NCBI GenBank assembly: GCA_031271345.1 | Contig: JAISVX010000003.1 | Span: forward strand, 693,223 to 757,222 | Reading direction: 5' to 3' | DNA: 64,000 bases | Source: Lactobacillaceae bacterium | Lineage (GTDB): Bacteria > Pseudomonadota > Alphaproteobacteria > RF32 > CAG-239 | Program-made: the position numbers and the translations under genes | Shown: positions 9,690 through 20,675 of the stretch, piece by piece | How the letters are laid out: each line of letters opens with the position of its first letter | How positions within the stretch are numbered: position 1 is the stretch's first letter | The notes under the pieces: model-generated | Seen by the model: the letters and a program-made list of their open reading frames with translations, nothing else | Told to the model about the DNA's origin: nothing | Database searches by the model: none

Positions 9690-10667
9690 ATGTCAGAAAA
9701 GCACAATACTGAATCTTTTGCAATAGTTTTAGATGGAAATGGTGGAATAAAGGAGACATTGGACCTTGACAACATCAATGCGGAGATACAAAACTTGTGG
9801 GTTCATTTGGACTACAAAGACGAACGGGCAAAAGATATTCTTCTAAAGCTCAATCTTGAATCAATTGTTACCGACGCACTATGCACGCAAACCAGGCATA
9901 CAAAGTTTTATCAAAATGACAGCTATACTGGAACCTTTCTCATATTAAGAGGAATGAACCCCGACAGCCAGCCAAAATCAAAAGATATGACATCTTTAAG
10001 GATTTGGATTGACAGCGGCAAAATTGTAACCTTATGCCACAACTATTCGCATTCCATAGATTCAACAATAAAAAAACTGCAAAAAGACGGTCCCGGACCT
10101 AAAAACAGCGTCGAATGTTTTATAAATATTTCCCAAACATCTTTCCATAATATTTCCAACGCCACTTATGAGATTGCGGAAAAAGTAGACAGGTTTGAAG
10201 AAAAAATTATCAAAGGAAAAAACAGTTACAAGCTAAGCACTAAAATCGGTTTTTTAAGAAGGCAGATTATTACGATACACAGATACCTGCTTCCGCAAAA
10301 AGATATTTTCAAAAATCTGCCGTTAAGTAATATGTTCTCGGACAACAAATATAAAAACCAGTTCAGGTCTTTATATAATGACATAAGCAGATCCTTGGAA
10401 AACCTTGAATACTCGCGCGAACATATAGTAATTTTGCAGGAAGAACTGGAAAATAAAGTAAATATCAGTATAAATAACAATATGTATATTCTTTCGGTAG
10501 TTGTCGCGATATTCACTCCTTTAACACTGTTCAGCGGCATGCTCGGAATGAATCTGGAAGGAATACCTTTCGCCGACAGCAAATATGCTTTTGGAGCCGT
10601 AAGCATTGCAATGCTGATTGTCGCATTAGTATTGTTTTGGATGATGAGACGCCGAAGAATAATTTAG
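9690..10667 (+). CDS. CorA/ZntB-family divalent cation transporter
   Basis: GMN motif (GMLGMNLEGIPF) followed by C-terminal TM and RRRR. Start moved to MSEKHN (9690) to avoid overlap with dtd on the opposite strand. Confidence 0.75.
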   Translation: MSEKHNTESFAIVLDGNGGIKETLDLDNINAEIQNLWVHLDYKDERAKDILLKLNLESIVTDALCTQTRHTKFYQNDSYTGTFLILRGMNPDSQPKSKDMTSLRIWIDSGKIVTLCHNYSHSIDSTIKKLQKDGPGPKNSVECFINISQTSFHNISNATYEIAEKVDRFEEKIIKGKNSYKLSTKIGFLRRQIITIHRYLLPQKDIFKNLPLSNMFSDNKYKNQFRSLYNDISRSLENLEYSREHIVILQEELENKVNISINNNMYILSVVVAIFTPLTLFSGMLGMNLEGIPFADSKYAFGAVSIAMLIVALVLFWMMRRRRII

Positions 10668-11890
10668 TAAAATATATAGGCGAAATATACAGCCAACGTT
10701 ATTCCGATAAAATCCGCGGCTAAGGCGCAAGGCAGAGCATGGCGGATTTTTGCTATCTTCACCGCGCCAAAATAAACTGCCAAAACATAAAACGTAGTTT
10801 CTGTCGAGCCTTGAACAACAGAAGCTGCAAAAGCCGGAAAACTGTCGACGCCGTAATTATTCATTGCTTCAATCATCATTGCTCTTGCGCCGCTTCCCGA
10901 CAAAGGTTTCATAATTGCGGTCGGCAAAGCAGGAACAAATCCTGTATCTAATCCCATAAGCTCAAACAACTGACCCAGCCGGACAACTATAATATCTAAA
11001 ACTCCAGACGCCCTCAAAATTCCGATAGCCGCAAGCATGGCAACAAGATAAGGAATAATTTTAACCGCTGTGCCAAATCCCTCTTTTGCACCTTCAATAA
11101 AAGCTTCATAAACATTAATTTTTTTATAAACGCCGTAAGCGATAAAACAAAACACAAAAAAGAAAATTGCAAAATTTCCCGCGTCTGCCGAGTATCTCAA
11201 TCTTTCGTCCGGGGTAAGCGATAGAAAAAAGCAGGTTATTCCTCCGATAAAAGCAGTAAAGCCCAATATATACGACAGCACGACAACATTAAAAACATTA
11301 ATTTTTTGAACATAAGCCACCAGAAGAAAACCGATAAATGTAGAAATTGAAGTCGCCAGAAGAATTGGAATAAACACGGAGCTTGGATTAACCGAACCCA
11401 TTTCCGCCCGATACATCAAAATTGTAATCGGAATTAAGGTTACGGCGGAAGAATTTATAACCATAAACAAAATCTGCGCGTTTGAAGCCGTGTCTTTCGA
11501 AGGGTTCAGCTCCTGCAGCTGCTCCATTGCTTTTATACCCATCGGGGTCGCGGCGTTATCCAGCCCCAGCATATTTGCCGCCATATTCATCACAATAGAT
11601 GTTAACGCCGGGCTGTCTTTCGGCACCTCCGGCATAATTCTTTTAAACAATGGATATAAAAACTTTGCAAAGAGATTTGTTATTCCAGACTTTTCCGCAA
11701 CCTTTAGCAAACCAATCCAAAAACATAAAATTCCCGTTAAATTAATGCAGATATTGAACGCTGTTTTCGAGTTTGAAAAAATAGACTGCGTCATCTCAGT
11801 CCACACATAAGTATTTCCCAAGAAAACCGATTGGTAAAACGCGGCAAGAAACCCGACGATAAAAAAAGCAACCCAAAAAACGTTCAGCAT
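10664..11890 (-). CDS. nucleoside-recognition (Gate) domain membrane protein, SpmA/SpmB-like
   Basis: Polytopic membrane protein with duplicated Gate-domain-like segments (NICINLTGILCFWIGLLKVAEKSGI...). Confidence 0.55.
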   Translation of the reverse strand: MLNVFWVAFFIVGFLAAFYQSVFLGNTYVWTEMTQSIFSNSKTAFNICINLTGILCFWIGLLKVAEKSGITNLFAKFLYPLFKRIMPEVPKDSPALTSIVMNMAANMLGLDNAATPMGIKAMEQLQELNPSKDTASNAQILFMVINSSAVTLIPITILMYRAEMGSVNPSSVFIPILLATSISTFIGFLLVAYVQKINVFNVVVLSYILGFTAFIGGITCFFLSLTPDERLRYSADAGNFAIFFFVFCFIAYGVYKKINVYEAFIEGAKEGFGTAVKIIPYLVAMLAAIGILRASGVLDIIVVRLGQLFELMGLDTGFVPALPTAIMKPLSGSGARAMMIEAMNNYGVDSFPAFAASVVQGSTETTFYVLAVYFGAVKIAKIRHALPCALAADFIGITLAVYFAYIFY

Positions 11891-12010
11891 ATAAAAATCC
11901 CCTTCGCATATATTGATATTTTATATAAAAAAATTAAAAATATGCTTAATATAAAAACAACCCCAGCCAAAAATGGCGGAGGTTGTTTTTTAAAACGTTT
12001 GACCTTAGCA

Positions 12011-13138
12011 TTATACCAGGTTCTCAGGGTTAAGACACAAAAGCTCGTCAACAACGAAGACGCCGTCTTTTCTGATAAGAACGCCGTCAAAGTAAATTTC
12101 TCCGCCGCCGCATTGTTCCGTTTGAATCTGGATTAAATCCCAGTGAACATTCGAGCGGTTTCCGTTGTCGCAGGTGCCTTCAAAAGAGTTTCCGATTGCA
12201 ATATGAAAGGAGCCGGAGATTTTCTCATCGAAAAGCCCTTCGCCGGTTTCGCTTAAGATATAGGGGTTAACGCCTAAGGCAAATTCTCCCATATATCTGG
12301 AACCCGCATCCATATCCAGAATTTTATCAAGGCTTTTCTGGTTACCAGTACAACGGCTGTTAACGATTTTGCCATTTTCAAACTCCAGATAGATATTAGA
12401 GAAAGAATACCCGTTGAAGTCCGTTCTCGTGTTGAAAAAAACATGACCGTTTATCGAGTCAATAATCGGAGCGGTATAAACCTCCCCGTCGGGCAGATTT
12501 TTCCTGCCCGCGCTTACCACCGTCATAATACCTTTTATTGAAAACTCAATATCGGTATCAGGACCTATGATTCTAACGCGGTCGGTTTTTTCCATCATCT
12601 TCTTAAGAGACACCATCGCCTCGCCCATCTTCTTATAGTCAAGCAAACAAGAGCTGAAGTAAAAATCTTCATATTGTTTAATCGACATATTGTTCATGGC
12701 GGCTTTGACGCTGTTCGGATAACGAAGCACGCACCAGCGAAGCTTGGGAATCCGAGTATCTCTGTGAACCTGAGAGAAATGGTGGTTTTGAAACATAACC
12801 ATCTTATCTTCAGAAACATCCTGAAGTTCGTAAAGATCATCTTCCGCGCGAAGAACAACATAAGCGGAGCATTGTTCCATAATGGCTTTGTCGAAAGCCC
12901 CTTTCATTTTCATCTGCTCTTCAGATGCGGCATTGATAAATTCTTTTGCTAAAGAATCATCGTTGAAGTAGTAAAAAGGAACCGCGCCGACCTCTGTAGC
13001 AGCCCTAATCATGGCGGACAACATCGGAAGCGTCGAAAATCCTCTCGTTTCAATAAAAACTTTTTCTCCAGGCTTAAGTTCAAGAGAGCCTGTCATAATA
13101 CTTCTCGCAAGTTGCAAGATTCTTTCGTCTTGTTTCAT
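12011..13138 (-). CDS. M29-family aminopeptidase (AmpS/PepS-like)
   Basis: N-terminal ILQLARSIMTGSLELKPGEKVFIE pattern and overall length typical of thermophilic-metalloprotease (M29) aminopeptidases. Confidence 0.6.
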   Translation of the reverse strand: MKQDERILQLARSIMTGSLELKPGEKVFIETRGFSTLPMLSAMIRAATEVGAVPFYYFNDDSLAKEFINAASEEQMKMKGAFDKAIMEQCSAYVVLRAEDDLYELQDVSEDKMVMFQNHHFSQVHRDTRIPKLRWCVLRYPNSVKAAMNNMSIKQYEDFYFSSCLLDYKKMGEAMVSLKKMMEKTDRVRIIGPDTDIEFSIKGIMTVVSAGRKNLPDGEVYTAPIIDSINGHVFFNTRTDFNGYSFSNIYLEFENGKIVNSRCTGNQKSLDKILDMDAGSRYMGEFALGVNPYILSETGEGLFDEKISGSFHIAIGNSFEGTCDNGNRSNVHWDLIQIQTEQCGGGEIYFDGVLIRKDGVFVVDELLCLNPENLV

Positions 13139-13222
13139 AATTGTATGATTTTAGTATGACCTGAATTAATAATCGTTTGGTAGATATTTTATACCACCAA
13201 TCGAAAAACTATTCAATTAAAA

Positions 13223-14995
13223 TTAGTTAAGACCAAGAAAACCCTGCGACTGCATTTCATAAAAGCCATAGTAAACGCCTTTTTTGCGCAGCAGGCTTTT
13301 ATGGCTTCCTTCTTCGATTATTCTGCCCTTTTCCATAACCACAATCCTGTCCATCTCGCGTAATGTTGAAAGCCTGTGCGCAACGGCTATCACGGTTTTC
13401 CCACTCATAAGATTTTTTAATGACTCGTGGATATATTTTTCGCTCTGGCTGTCAAGCGCGGAGGTTGCCTCGTCAAGAATAAGTATCGGCGCGTTTTTCA
13501 AAATGGCGCGGGCGATTGCAATTCTTTGTCTTTCCCCGCCGGACAGCATAACTCCCCTGTCTCCGACTTTGCTTTCATAGCCGTTTGGCAGAGACATTAT
13601 AAAATCGTGGCAGAAAGCCTTCTTCGCCGCGGAAAAAACTTCTTTATCGGTCGCCTTTATTTTGCCATAACGAATATTTTCCATTATCGTTCTATTAAAC
13701 AAACTCGGGTCCTGCGGAATTAATGAAATCGCCTCCCGCAAACTATCCTGAGTAACGTTTCTAATATCTTGTTTCCCGATTAAGATTTGCCCTGCCTGAA
13801 TATCATAGTTTCTGGATAATATTTTAACCAAAGTTGATTTTCCAGCCCCGGAATGCCCAACCAGCCCGACCTTTTCGCCTTTTTTAATTGTTAAGTTAAA
13901 ATCCGCAAGCAGCGAAGCCGAAGTTTTATAATGATAGAAAACATTGTCAAAAACTATATCTCCAACCTTTTTACTAAGCTTTTCCGCGTTTGGAATATCT
14001 TCTATCTCATAAGGTTTTGCCAGCATTTCCAAACCGTCTTTTATCTGCCCGGTCCTGCGGAATGTATCGGAGAATGTCATCATAACCCTGTTATATTGAC
14101 CTGTTATGGTAAAAGTCAGCGTCTGCACAAAAACAAAATCGCCTACCGTAATTTTACCAACATACCAAAAATAAACAGGGATAATATAAAACGAAATTTC
14201 AAACGTGTAACGCAATATGCTTTGAAGAAAATATATCTGACCAAATTTATTAATCTCTTTTCTCGTCGCCAAAGCATTTGCTTTTAGGGATTTGAAGTAA
14301 TTTCTTCTTTCGAAGTTATAATTGCTGAAACTTTTTACCAATGATGAATTTGTAATGCTGTCTACCAGAACGCCGTTAGACTCTGACATTGTTTTTGCAG
14401 CTTCCTTTGCATAAGGACCGAGAACTTTTGAAAGAAGAAACAATAAATATACCGACACAACCATTAATAACGCCATTATCACCGACATTATTATATTTAC
14501 TTTGAACAAGAAAAAGAAAGTGACGACAAAAGCAAGAGCAAACTGCAGTCCGCCCCAAACAAAGATATGATATAAGCTTATGGATGATTCAATTATATTT
14601 CTTATTTTTCCAGAAACATTTCCAGCCATTTCCTCGTCAAAAAACGTTGTCGAATGTTTATGGGCATATTTAAACAAATCTTTCGATAATATGCTTCTGT
14701 ATAAAGGCAGAAACCTTGCCTCGATAAAAAAATATGCGTTCATGGTCAAATATCGGACAATCGTTGCGGTCGACGCAAAAAGGATAAGCAGAAACGACCT
14801 GTGAAAAACCTCTTTTTTATCCAGCCCGCTGGACAGCAGGTCGACAATTTTTGATATATAATAAAAAGACAGTCTAAAGGTCAATGCTTCAATAGCAAGC
14901 GTACACAGCACCAGAAACACAATCCATCTAAGGCGTTTGAGATATTTCCATAAAAACTTGCCGACATTTGCTTCCATATTATTCCGCCTTACCAT
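13223..14995 (-). CDS. ABC transporter permease/ATP-binding fusion (second MsbA-like exporter)
   Basis: TM half plus Walker A GHSGAGKST, signature LSGGERQRIAIARAI, Walker B ILDEATSALD. Confidence 0.8.
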   Translation of the reverse strand: MVRRNNMEANVGKFLWKYLKRLRWIVFLVLCTLAIEALTFRLSFYYISKIVDLLSSGLDKKEVFHRSFLLILFASTATIVRYLTMNAYFFIEARFLPLYRSILSKDLFKYAHKHSTTFFDEEMAGNVSGKIRNIIESSISLYHIFVWGGLQFALAFVVTFFFLFKVNIIMSVIMALLMVVSVYLLFLLSKVLGPYAKEAAKTMSESNGVLVDSITNSSLVKSFSNYNFERRNYFKSLKANALATRKEINKFGQIYFLQSILRYTFEISFYIIPVYFWYVGKITVGDFVFVQTLTFTITGQYNRVMMTFSDTFRRTGQIKDGLEMLAKPYEIEDIPNAEKLSKKVGDIVFDNVFYHYKTSASLLADFNLTIKKGEKVGLVGHSGAGKSTLVKILSRNYDIQAGQILIGKQDIRNVTQDSLREAISLIPQDPSLFNRTIMENIRYGKIKATDKEVFSAAKKAFCHDFIMSLPNGYESKVGDRGVMLSGGERQRIAIARAILKNAPILILDEATSALDSQSEKYIHESLKNLMSGKTVIAVAHRLSTLREMDRIVVMEKGRIIEEGSHKSLLRKKGVYYGFYEMQSQGFLGLN

Positions 14996-15006
14996 CCATG
15001 TTAAGT

Positions 15007-15969
15007 TTACGCATTATCTTTGCGTTTTTTCAACCTTGTCAGTTTATCGCTCACGATTGAAGTATCTTTGCCGGTTTTTGCAAGTCTTTCATACATACGC
15101 TCAATTTCTTTTTCAAGATAGGCTCTTTCAATCTCGTTCGCCAGTTCTTGTTTCTGCTCTTCTGTTCCGTGGTTCGCAATCTTTTCCATTTCTCCCGCGA
15201 TATGCTCGACAAAAATTGTTTTATCAGTTTTTTTCTTCAAGAAATATGGCAGCTCATAAATCAACTGGCGGGCATTGCCATAAGCTTCAAAAGAATCTTT
15301 GCCTTTTTCATAACGAAGCTTCAACAATCTAAACACCACCATCAATTCTTCGCTGTCATCAACAATGATAAACGGTATCGGGTTGGCAAATCCCTGTTGT
15401 GAAATGTGCTTTAAATATTCCACCAGATGATGAAAAAAGCCGTCTATATTAAACAGGATAAAAGGCTTAATATCAATAAAACCATCCTGCATGGCAACGC
15501 AGTCATAAGCCAGCTCATCCAGCGTTCCAACGCCTCCCGGAGCAAACACTATAAAATCCGCGTTAAGAAGCTTGTTTTTTCTGTCTTCCAAACTATCCGC
15601 GACAACTACGTTTTCGATTTTGCTTACAAGATCGTCATTTCTCTCATAGAGCGAATAATATTCTTTTGTCGTAATCGCATTAATCGGCAGGACAAGATTT
15701 TCATATTTTTCTTTTTCCTCGCGCCAGCCGTCAATAACGCCCTGAGCAACGGCTCCCATAATTCCCTTGCTTGACAAGCCAAAATCAAGTTTCATACCCA
15801 TTTTAACTATCTGCTGTCCCAGTTTATACGCCTCCTGGATATAAACTTCGCCGTTGCCTGACCTGGCGCCTCCAGCAACAAAAACTCTCAGACCGTCTTT
15901 TTTATTGGCTTCGGCAAACGCGTCAATTACGGACTGAATATCTCTTTTATTTTTATCTCTTTCTGACAT
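15007..15969 (-). CDS. LOG-family (TIGR00730) Rossmann-fold nucleotide-binding protein with ~100-aa coiled-coil-like C-terminal extension
   Basis: FVAGGARSGNGE...GIMGAV and PGGVGTLDELAYD motifs of LOG/lysine-decarboxylase-like family; C-terminus rich in E/K/R heptad-like sequence. Confidence 0.6.
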   Translation of the reverse strand: MSERDKNKRDIQSVIDAFAEANKKDGLRVFVAGGARSGNGEVYIQEAYKLGQQIVKMGMKLDFGLSSKGIMGAVAQGVIDGWREEKEKYENLVLPINAITTKEYYSLYERNDDLVSKIENVVVADSLEDRKNKLLNADFIVFAPGGVGTLDELAYDCVAMQDGFIDIKPFILFNIDGFFHHLVEYLKHISQQGFANPIPFIIVDDSEELMVVFRLLKLRYEKGKDSFEAYGNARQLIYELPYFLKKKTDKTIFVEHIAGEMEKIANHGTEEQKQELANEIERAYLEKEIERMYERLAKTGKDTSIVSDKLTRLKKRKDNA

Positions 15970-15980
15970 ATTTCCCTCTT

Positions 15981-17153
<1,173 letters not shown>

Positions 17154-17236
17154 TTATCAAGTCTCTTTTTGTTTTTAATTTGACAAAACTTAAACAAAAT
17201 GCAATCATGAATTTAAATCATAATAATTCATAAACT

Positions 17237-18475
17237 ATGCATAACATTATTAAACTACCGAATGGGATTGAAGTTGTAAATATTTACAACAGCTCTCCGC
17301 TGATTAAACTGTGCTTTTTATTTAAAGCTGGCTCTACTCAAGATATGGAAGGCAAATACGGTCTTGCTCATTTTCTTGAACACATGACATTTAACGGAAC
17401 CCGCAAGCGTTCTAAAATCGTCATAGAAAACTCTCTAAGCAGGCTCGGAAAACGATACAATGCCAGCACGGACTATGAACAGACATATTATCAAATAGAT
17501 GTTCTCAAAGAAGATGTTGATTCGGCGATGAACCTCCTTTCTGATATGGTCTGCAACTCTGTGTTTTCTCGCGTTCAAATAAACCGCGAGAGGGAAGTCG
17601 TTATTCAGGAGTTAAAAGAATTCTCGGATATACCCGAAGAAATTCTTTTTAACGAAAGATTTTCCGTCCTCTATGCCGGTCATGGATTAGCGCACCCTGT
17701 GCTTGGATTTGAAGAAGATTTGGATTCCATCTCAAAAGCAGATTTTTACGGTTATACTGACCAATATTACTGCAAAAATAATCTTCGGGCTATTTTTGTC
17801 GGCAATATCTCCCAGGAAGAAGCTGTTTATCTTACTCAAAAACACTTCTCCTGCCTGCCGGATGGAAACGAAACAGCAATGGGCAAAGCGCCTTTCAATG
17901 TCGGTTATAAGTTCATCAAGAGAAACTTAAACAGTTCTATTGTGAATTTGTGCTTCAACAGTTATGACACCGCTGCAAAGCAAGTCGAACAGATTGTTCT
18001 GCAGAGTATTCTGGAAGAGCGGATATACAGAGAAGCAACAAATCAGTCATTGTCATACTCCCCCGAGTGCCTCGGCGAGTTCCTCGAAGGGTGTTCTTTG
18101 TTTGACATAAACGGAAGATGTTCAAATGAAAACGTCAACAAGCTTATTGACGTTTTTATCTCTGGTATCAACGACATAAAAGCGTATCCTGTTTCCGACC
18201 ACGAACTGCTTCGAGCAAAGAAAAGCATTAAGATTGGGACTCTAGACAGCTTTTATGACAACAGCTTTGCCTTTGCCAGCGCAATCGGCAGATTTGACAT
18301 CAATGACATTGAGCTTGATTATAAGGACAAACTCAACGACATTGACAACCTCACGAAAGAACGTTTGCATAATCTGGCTATGGATATTTTCTCCGTTGTC
18401 AACCTTGGATACTTTGTTATGGGAAATAAAATCAACTATTATCCTTTTGACAAGGTTCAAAACATGCTTATGTAA
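17237..18475 (+). CDS. M16-family (pitrilysin/insulinase-like) zinc peptidase
   Basis: Inverted zinc motif HFLEHMTFNGT (HxxEH) plus downstream E-containing region; ~410 aa single M16 unit. Confidence 0.7.
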   Translation: MHNIIKLPNGIEVVNIYNSSPLIKLCFLFKAGSTQDMEGKYGLAHFLEHMTFNGTRKRSKIVIENSLSRLGKRYNASTDYEQTYYQIDVLKEDVDSAMNLLSDMVCNSVFSRVQINREREVVIQELKEFSDIPEEILFNERFSVLYAGHGLAHPVLGFEEDLDSISKADFYGYTDQYYCKNNLRAIFVGNISQEEAVYLTQKHFSCLPDGNETAMGKAPFNVGYKFIKRNLNSSIVNLCFNSYDTAAKQVEQIVLQSILEERIYREATNQSLSYSPECLGEFLEGCSLFDINGRCSNENVNKLIDVFISGINDIKAYPVSDHELLRAKKSIKIGTLDSFYDNSFAFASAIGRFDINDIELDYKDKLNDIDNLTKERLHNLAMDIFSVVNLGYFVMGNKINYYPFDKVQNMLM

Positions 18476-18490
18476 AAGTTTGTCTTACAC

Positions 18491-18522
18491 AAAAAAGGTC
18501 AGCAGTTTGCTGACCTTTTTTG
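18491..18522. terminator. bidirectional rho-independent terminator between convergent genes
   Basis: AAAAAA-GGTCAGC-agttt-GCTGACC-TTTTTT perfect 7-bp stem flanked by A6 and T6. Confidence 0.6.
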
Positions 18523-18526
18523 TATT

Positions 18527-19234
18527 TTATTCTTCGACGCTGTCATCAGGGATTGAATTATCAATAGAATATCCCGTGGCGCGGACAGTTCTGATATAGT
18601 CTGGTCCGAACTCATTTAAAGACTTGCGCAGGCGCCTTATATGTACATCTACGGTGCGGGATTCAACATAAATATTATCTCCCCAGACACTTCTGAGAAG
18701 GTTTTCTCTTGAAAAAACTTTTCCAGGATGTTCCAAAAGCATGCGGAGCAGCCTAAACTCCGTAGGACCGAGGTGTATATAGTTATTTCCTCTAAAAACT
18801 TTCTTCTCAACCAAATCCATGCGGATGTCTTCAAATATAAGTTCTTTTTTCGCCATTATATCTGGAGTTCTGCGAATGTTTGTCTTTATTCTGGCAATAA
18901 GCTCGGGTATTGAAAAAGGCTTGGTAACATAATCATCCGCGCCGGAAGACAAACCTTTTATCTTATCTTCTTCCTCGCCTTTTGCGGTCAGCATAATTAC
19001 AGGGATATTTTTTATATCGGGCTTGCTGCGGATTAATCTTAAAATATCTATGCCGGATATTTCCGGAAGCATCCAATCTAAAAGGACAACTGAAGGGCAG
19101 TGTTTTTCAACTTCCGCAAGAGCCTTGTTTCCGCGCGCCTCCCATATAACCTCGAAACCTTCTTTTTCCAAGTTATACTTAAGCAAAAGAGCCAAAGCCT
19201 CTTCATCTTCAATTATCATTACAGAATGCGCCAT
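18527..19234 (-). CDS. OmpR/PhoB-family response regulator
   Basis: REC domain (IIEDEEALALLL...LLDWMLPEISGIDI...MLTAKGEEEDKIKGLSSGADDYVTKPF) plus winged-helix DNA-binding C-terminus (VHIRRLRKSL...IRTVRATGY). Confidence 0.8.
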   Translation of the reverse strand: MAHSVMIIEDEEALALLLKYNLEKEGFEVIWEARGNKALAEVEKHCPSVVLLDWMLPEISGIDILRLIRSKPDIKNIPVIMLTAKGEEEDKIKGLSSGADDYVTKPFSIPELIARIKTNIRRTPDIMAKKELIFEDIRMDLVEKKVFRGNNYIHLGPTEFRLLRMLLEHPGKVFSRENLLRSVWGDNIYVESRTVDVHIRRLRKSLNEFGPDYIRTVRATGYSIDNSIPDDSVEE

Positions 19235-19340
19235 ATTAATATCTCCAGCATCACAAATTTGTATGAATATAACACATATTATCTTAAAATTGCTTTAAAT
19301 TAAACAACAAAATATCCCGGAAAGCGAACTGTGAACTAAA

Positions 19341-19976
19341 TTATCTTAAGGCATCAATATTTTGTTTATATTCGTCCGTGGCAAAAACGGAGGTGCCTGC
19401 AACTAATATATCCGCTCCAGCCGCAGCACATTCTTGGGCAGTCATCGGATTAATTCCGCCGTCAACTTCTATTTCTATATCATAACCTCTTATCATTTCT
19501 TTTATCTTTGATATTTTCTCAAGCTGCGAAGATATAAACTCCTGCCCTCCAAAACCAGGGTTAACGGTCATAACTAATATCAAATCAACCTTATCCAGCA
19601 CATATTCTAAAACATTTTCCGGCGTTGACGGGTTCAGCGACACGCCGGCAATTTTACCATGCTGCCTAATCATATCCAACGCGCTGTCCAGATGCGTGAC
19701 CGCTTCGGCGTGAATTGTAATAATGTCGGCTCCGGCATTAGCAAACCATGGTATCATCTCTACCGGGTTTTTGACCATTAAGTGAACGTCTATCGGGATA
19801 TTAAGATAAGGTCTTATGCTTTTTAAAACATGCGGACCAAAGGTCAGGTTTGGAACAAAGCTGCCGTCCATTACATCAAAATGAACCAAATCTGCTCCAG
19901 AATTTTCCAAAGCTATAACTTCTTCGCGCAAAATTCCAAAATCGGCAGATAAAATACTTGGGGCGATTTTTACCAT
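19341..19976 (-). CDS. rpe: ribulose-phosphate 3-epimerase
   Basis: MVKIAPSILSADFG...HFDVMDG...DVHLMV...GGQEFI...VDGGI, canonical Rpe. Confidence 0.85.
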   Translation of the reverse strand: MVKIAPSILSADFGILREEVIALENSGADLVHFDVMDGSFVPNLTFGPHVLKSIRPYLNIPIDVHLMVKNPVEMIPWFANAGADIITIHAEAVTHLDSALDMIRQHGKIAGVSLNPSTPENVLEYVLDKVDLILVMTVNPGFGGQEFISSQLEKISKIKEMIRGYDIEIEVDGGINPMTAQECAAAGADILVAGTSVFATDEYKQNIDALR

Positions 19977-20104
19977 AACTCAACTCCTTTAACCGTTATA
20001 TAATGAATATATGACAGCATTTGTTTAAAATCTATAAAAATAATAAAAAAAGCATTGATAATACATTTAAATTGATTATATCATGTTAAGAACCAACAAT
20101 ACTT

Positions 20105-20620
20105 ATGGAGGAAAAAATGGGTGAAACAGCTCAAAAAATCATTAAAGTCAACAAAACGGAATTGTTAAAAATCCTTAATGAAGCGTATGCTGAAGAATGG
20201 TTAGCATATTACCAATACTGGCTTGGCGCAAAAGTAGCGGCTGGCGCTATGCGCGCAAGCATTGTTAAAGAATTTGAAGAACATTCAAAAGAAGAACACG
20301 AACACGCTACCATGATAGCAAACAGAATTATCGAGTTGGGCGGAACGCCTCTTTTGTCTCCTTCCGACTGGGAAAAGAAGGCTCATTGCAAATATGACGC
20401 TCCAAAAGACGAATGCTCTATTCATCTGGTTAAGGACAACCTTAAATCTGAGCGCTGCGCAATTCAGAGATACCAGAACCTTGCCGATATGTGCTTTGGC
20501 AAAGACCACAAAACTTACAGCATTGCCGTTCATATCTTAAAAGAAGAAATCGAACATGAACAAGAAATGGAAGACTTCTTAACAGATTTGGATATGATGA
20601 AAAATAAATGCATGAAATAA
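20105..20620 (+). CDS. ferritin-like (Dps-family-like) protein
   Basis: Four-helix-bundle di-iron-like pattern (AEEWLAYYQYW...EEHEHATMIANRIIELGG...EEIEHEQEM). Confidence 0.5.
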   Translation: MEEKMGETAQKIIKVNKTELLKILNEAYAEEWLAYYQYWLGAKVAAGAMRASIVKEFEEHSKEEHEHATMIANRIIELGGTPLLSPSDWEKKAHCKYDAPKDECSIHLVKDNLKSERCAIQRYQNLADMCFGKDHKTYSIAVHILKEEIEHEQEMEDFLTDLDMMKNKCMK

Positions 20621-20632
20621 TGCTTTATGTAC

Positions 20633-20662
20633 AAAAATGCCCCGGCTTCGGGGCATTTTTTT
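20633..20662. terminator. bidirectional rho-independent terminator
   Basis: AAAAA-GCCCCG-gctt-CGGGGC-TTTTTTT between convergent ferritin-like and hss-like genes. Confidence 0.7.
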
Positions 20663-20675
20663 ATTCTTAAAAAGC

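Noticed and set aside
15427-15774. 115-aa plus-strand ORF antisense to the LOG-family gene
   Set aside because: Nested antisense ORF with no motif and no start context.
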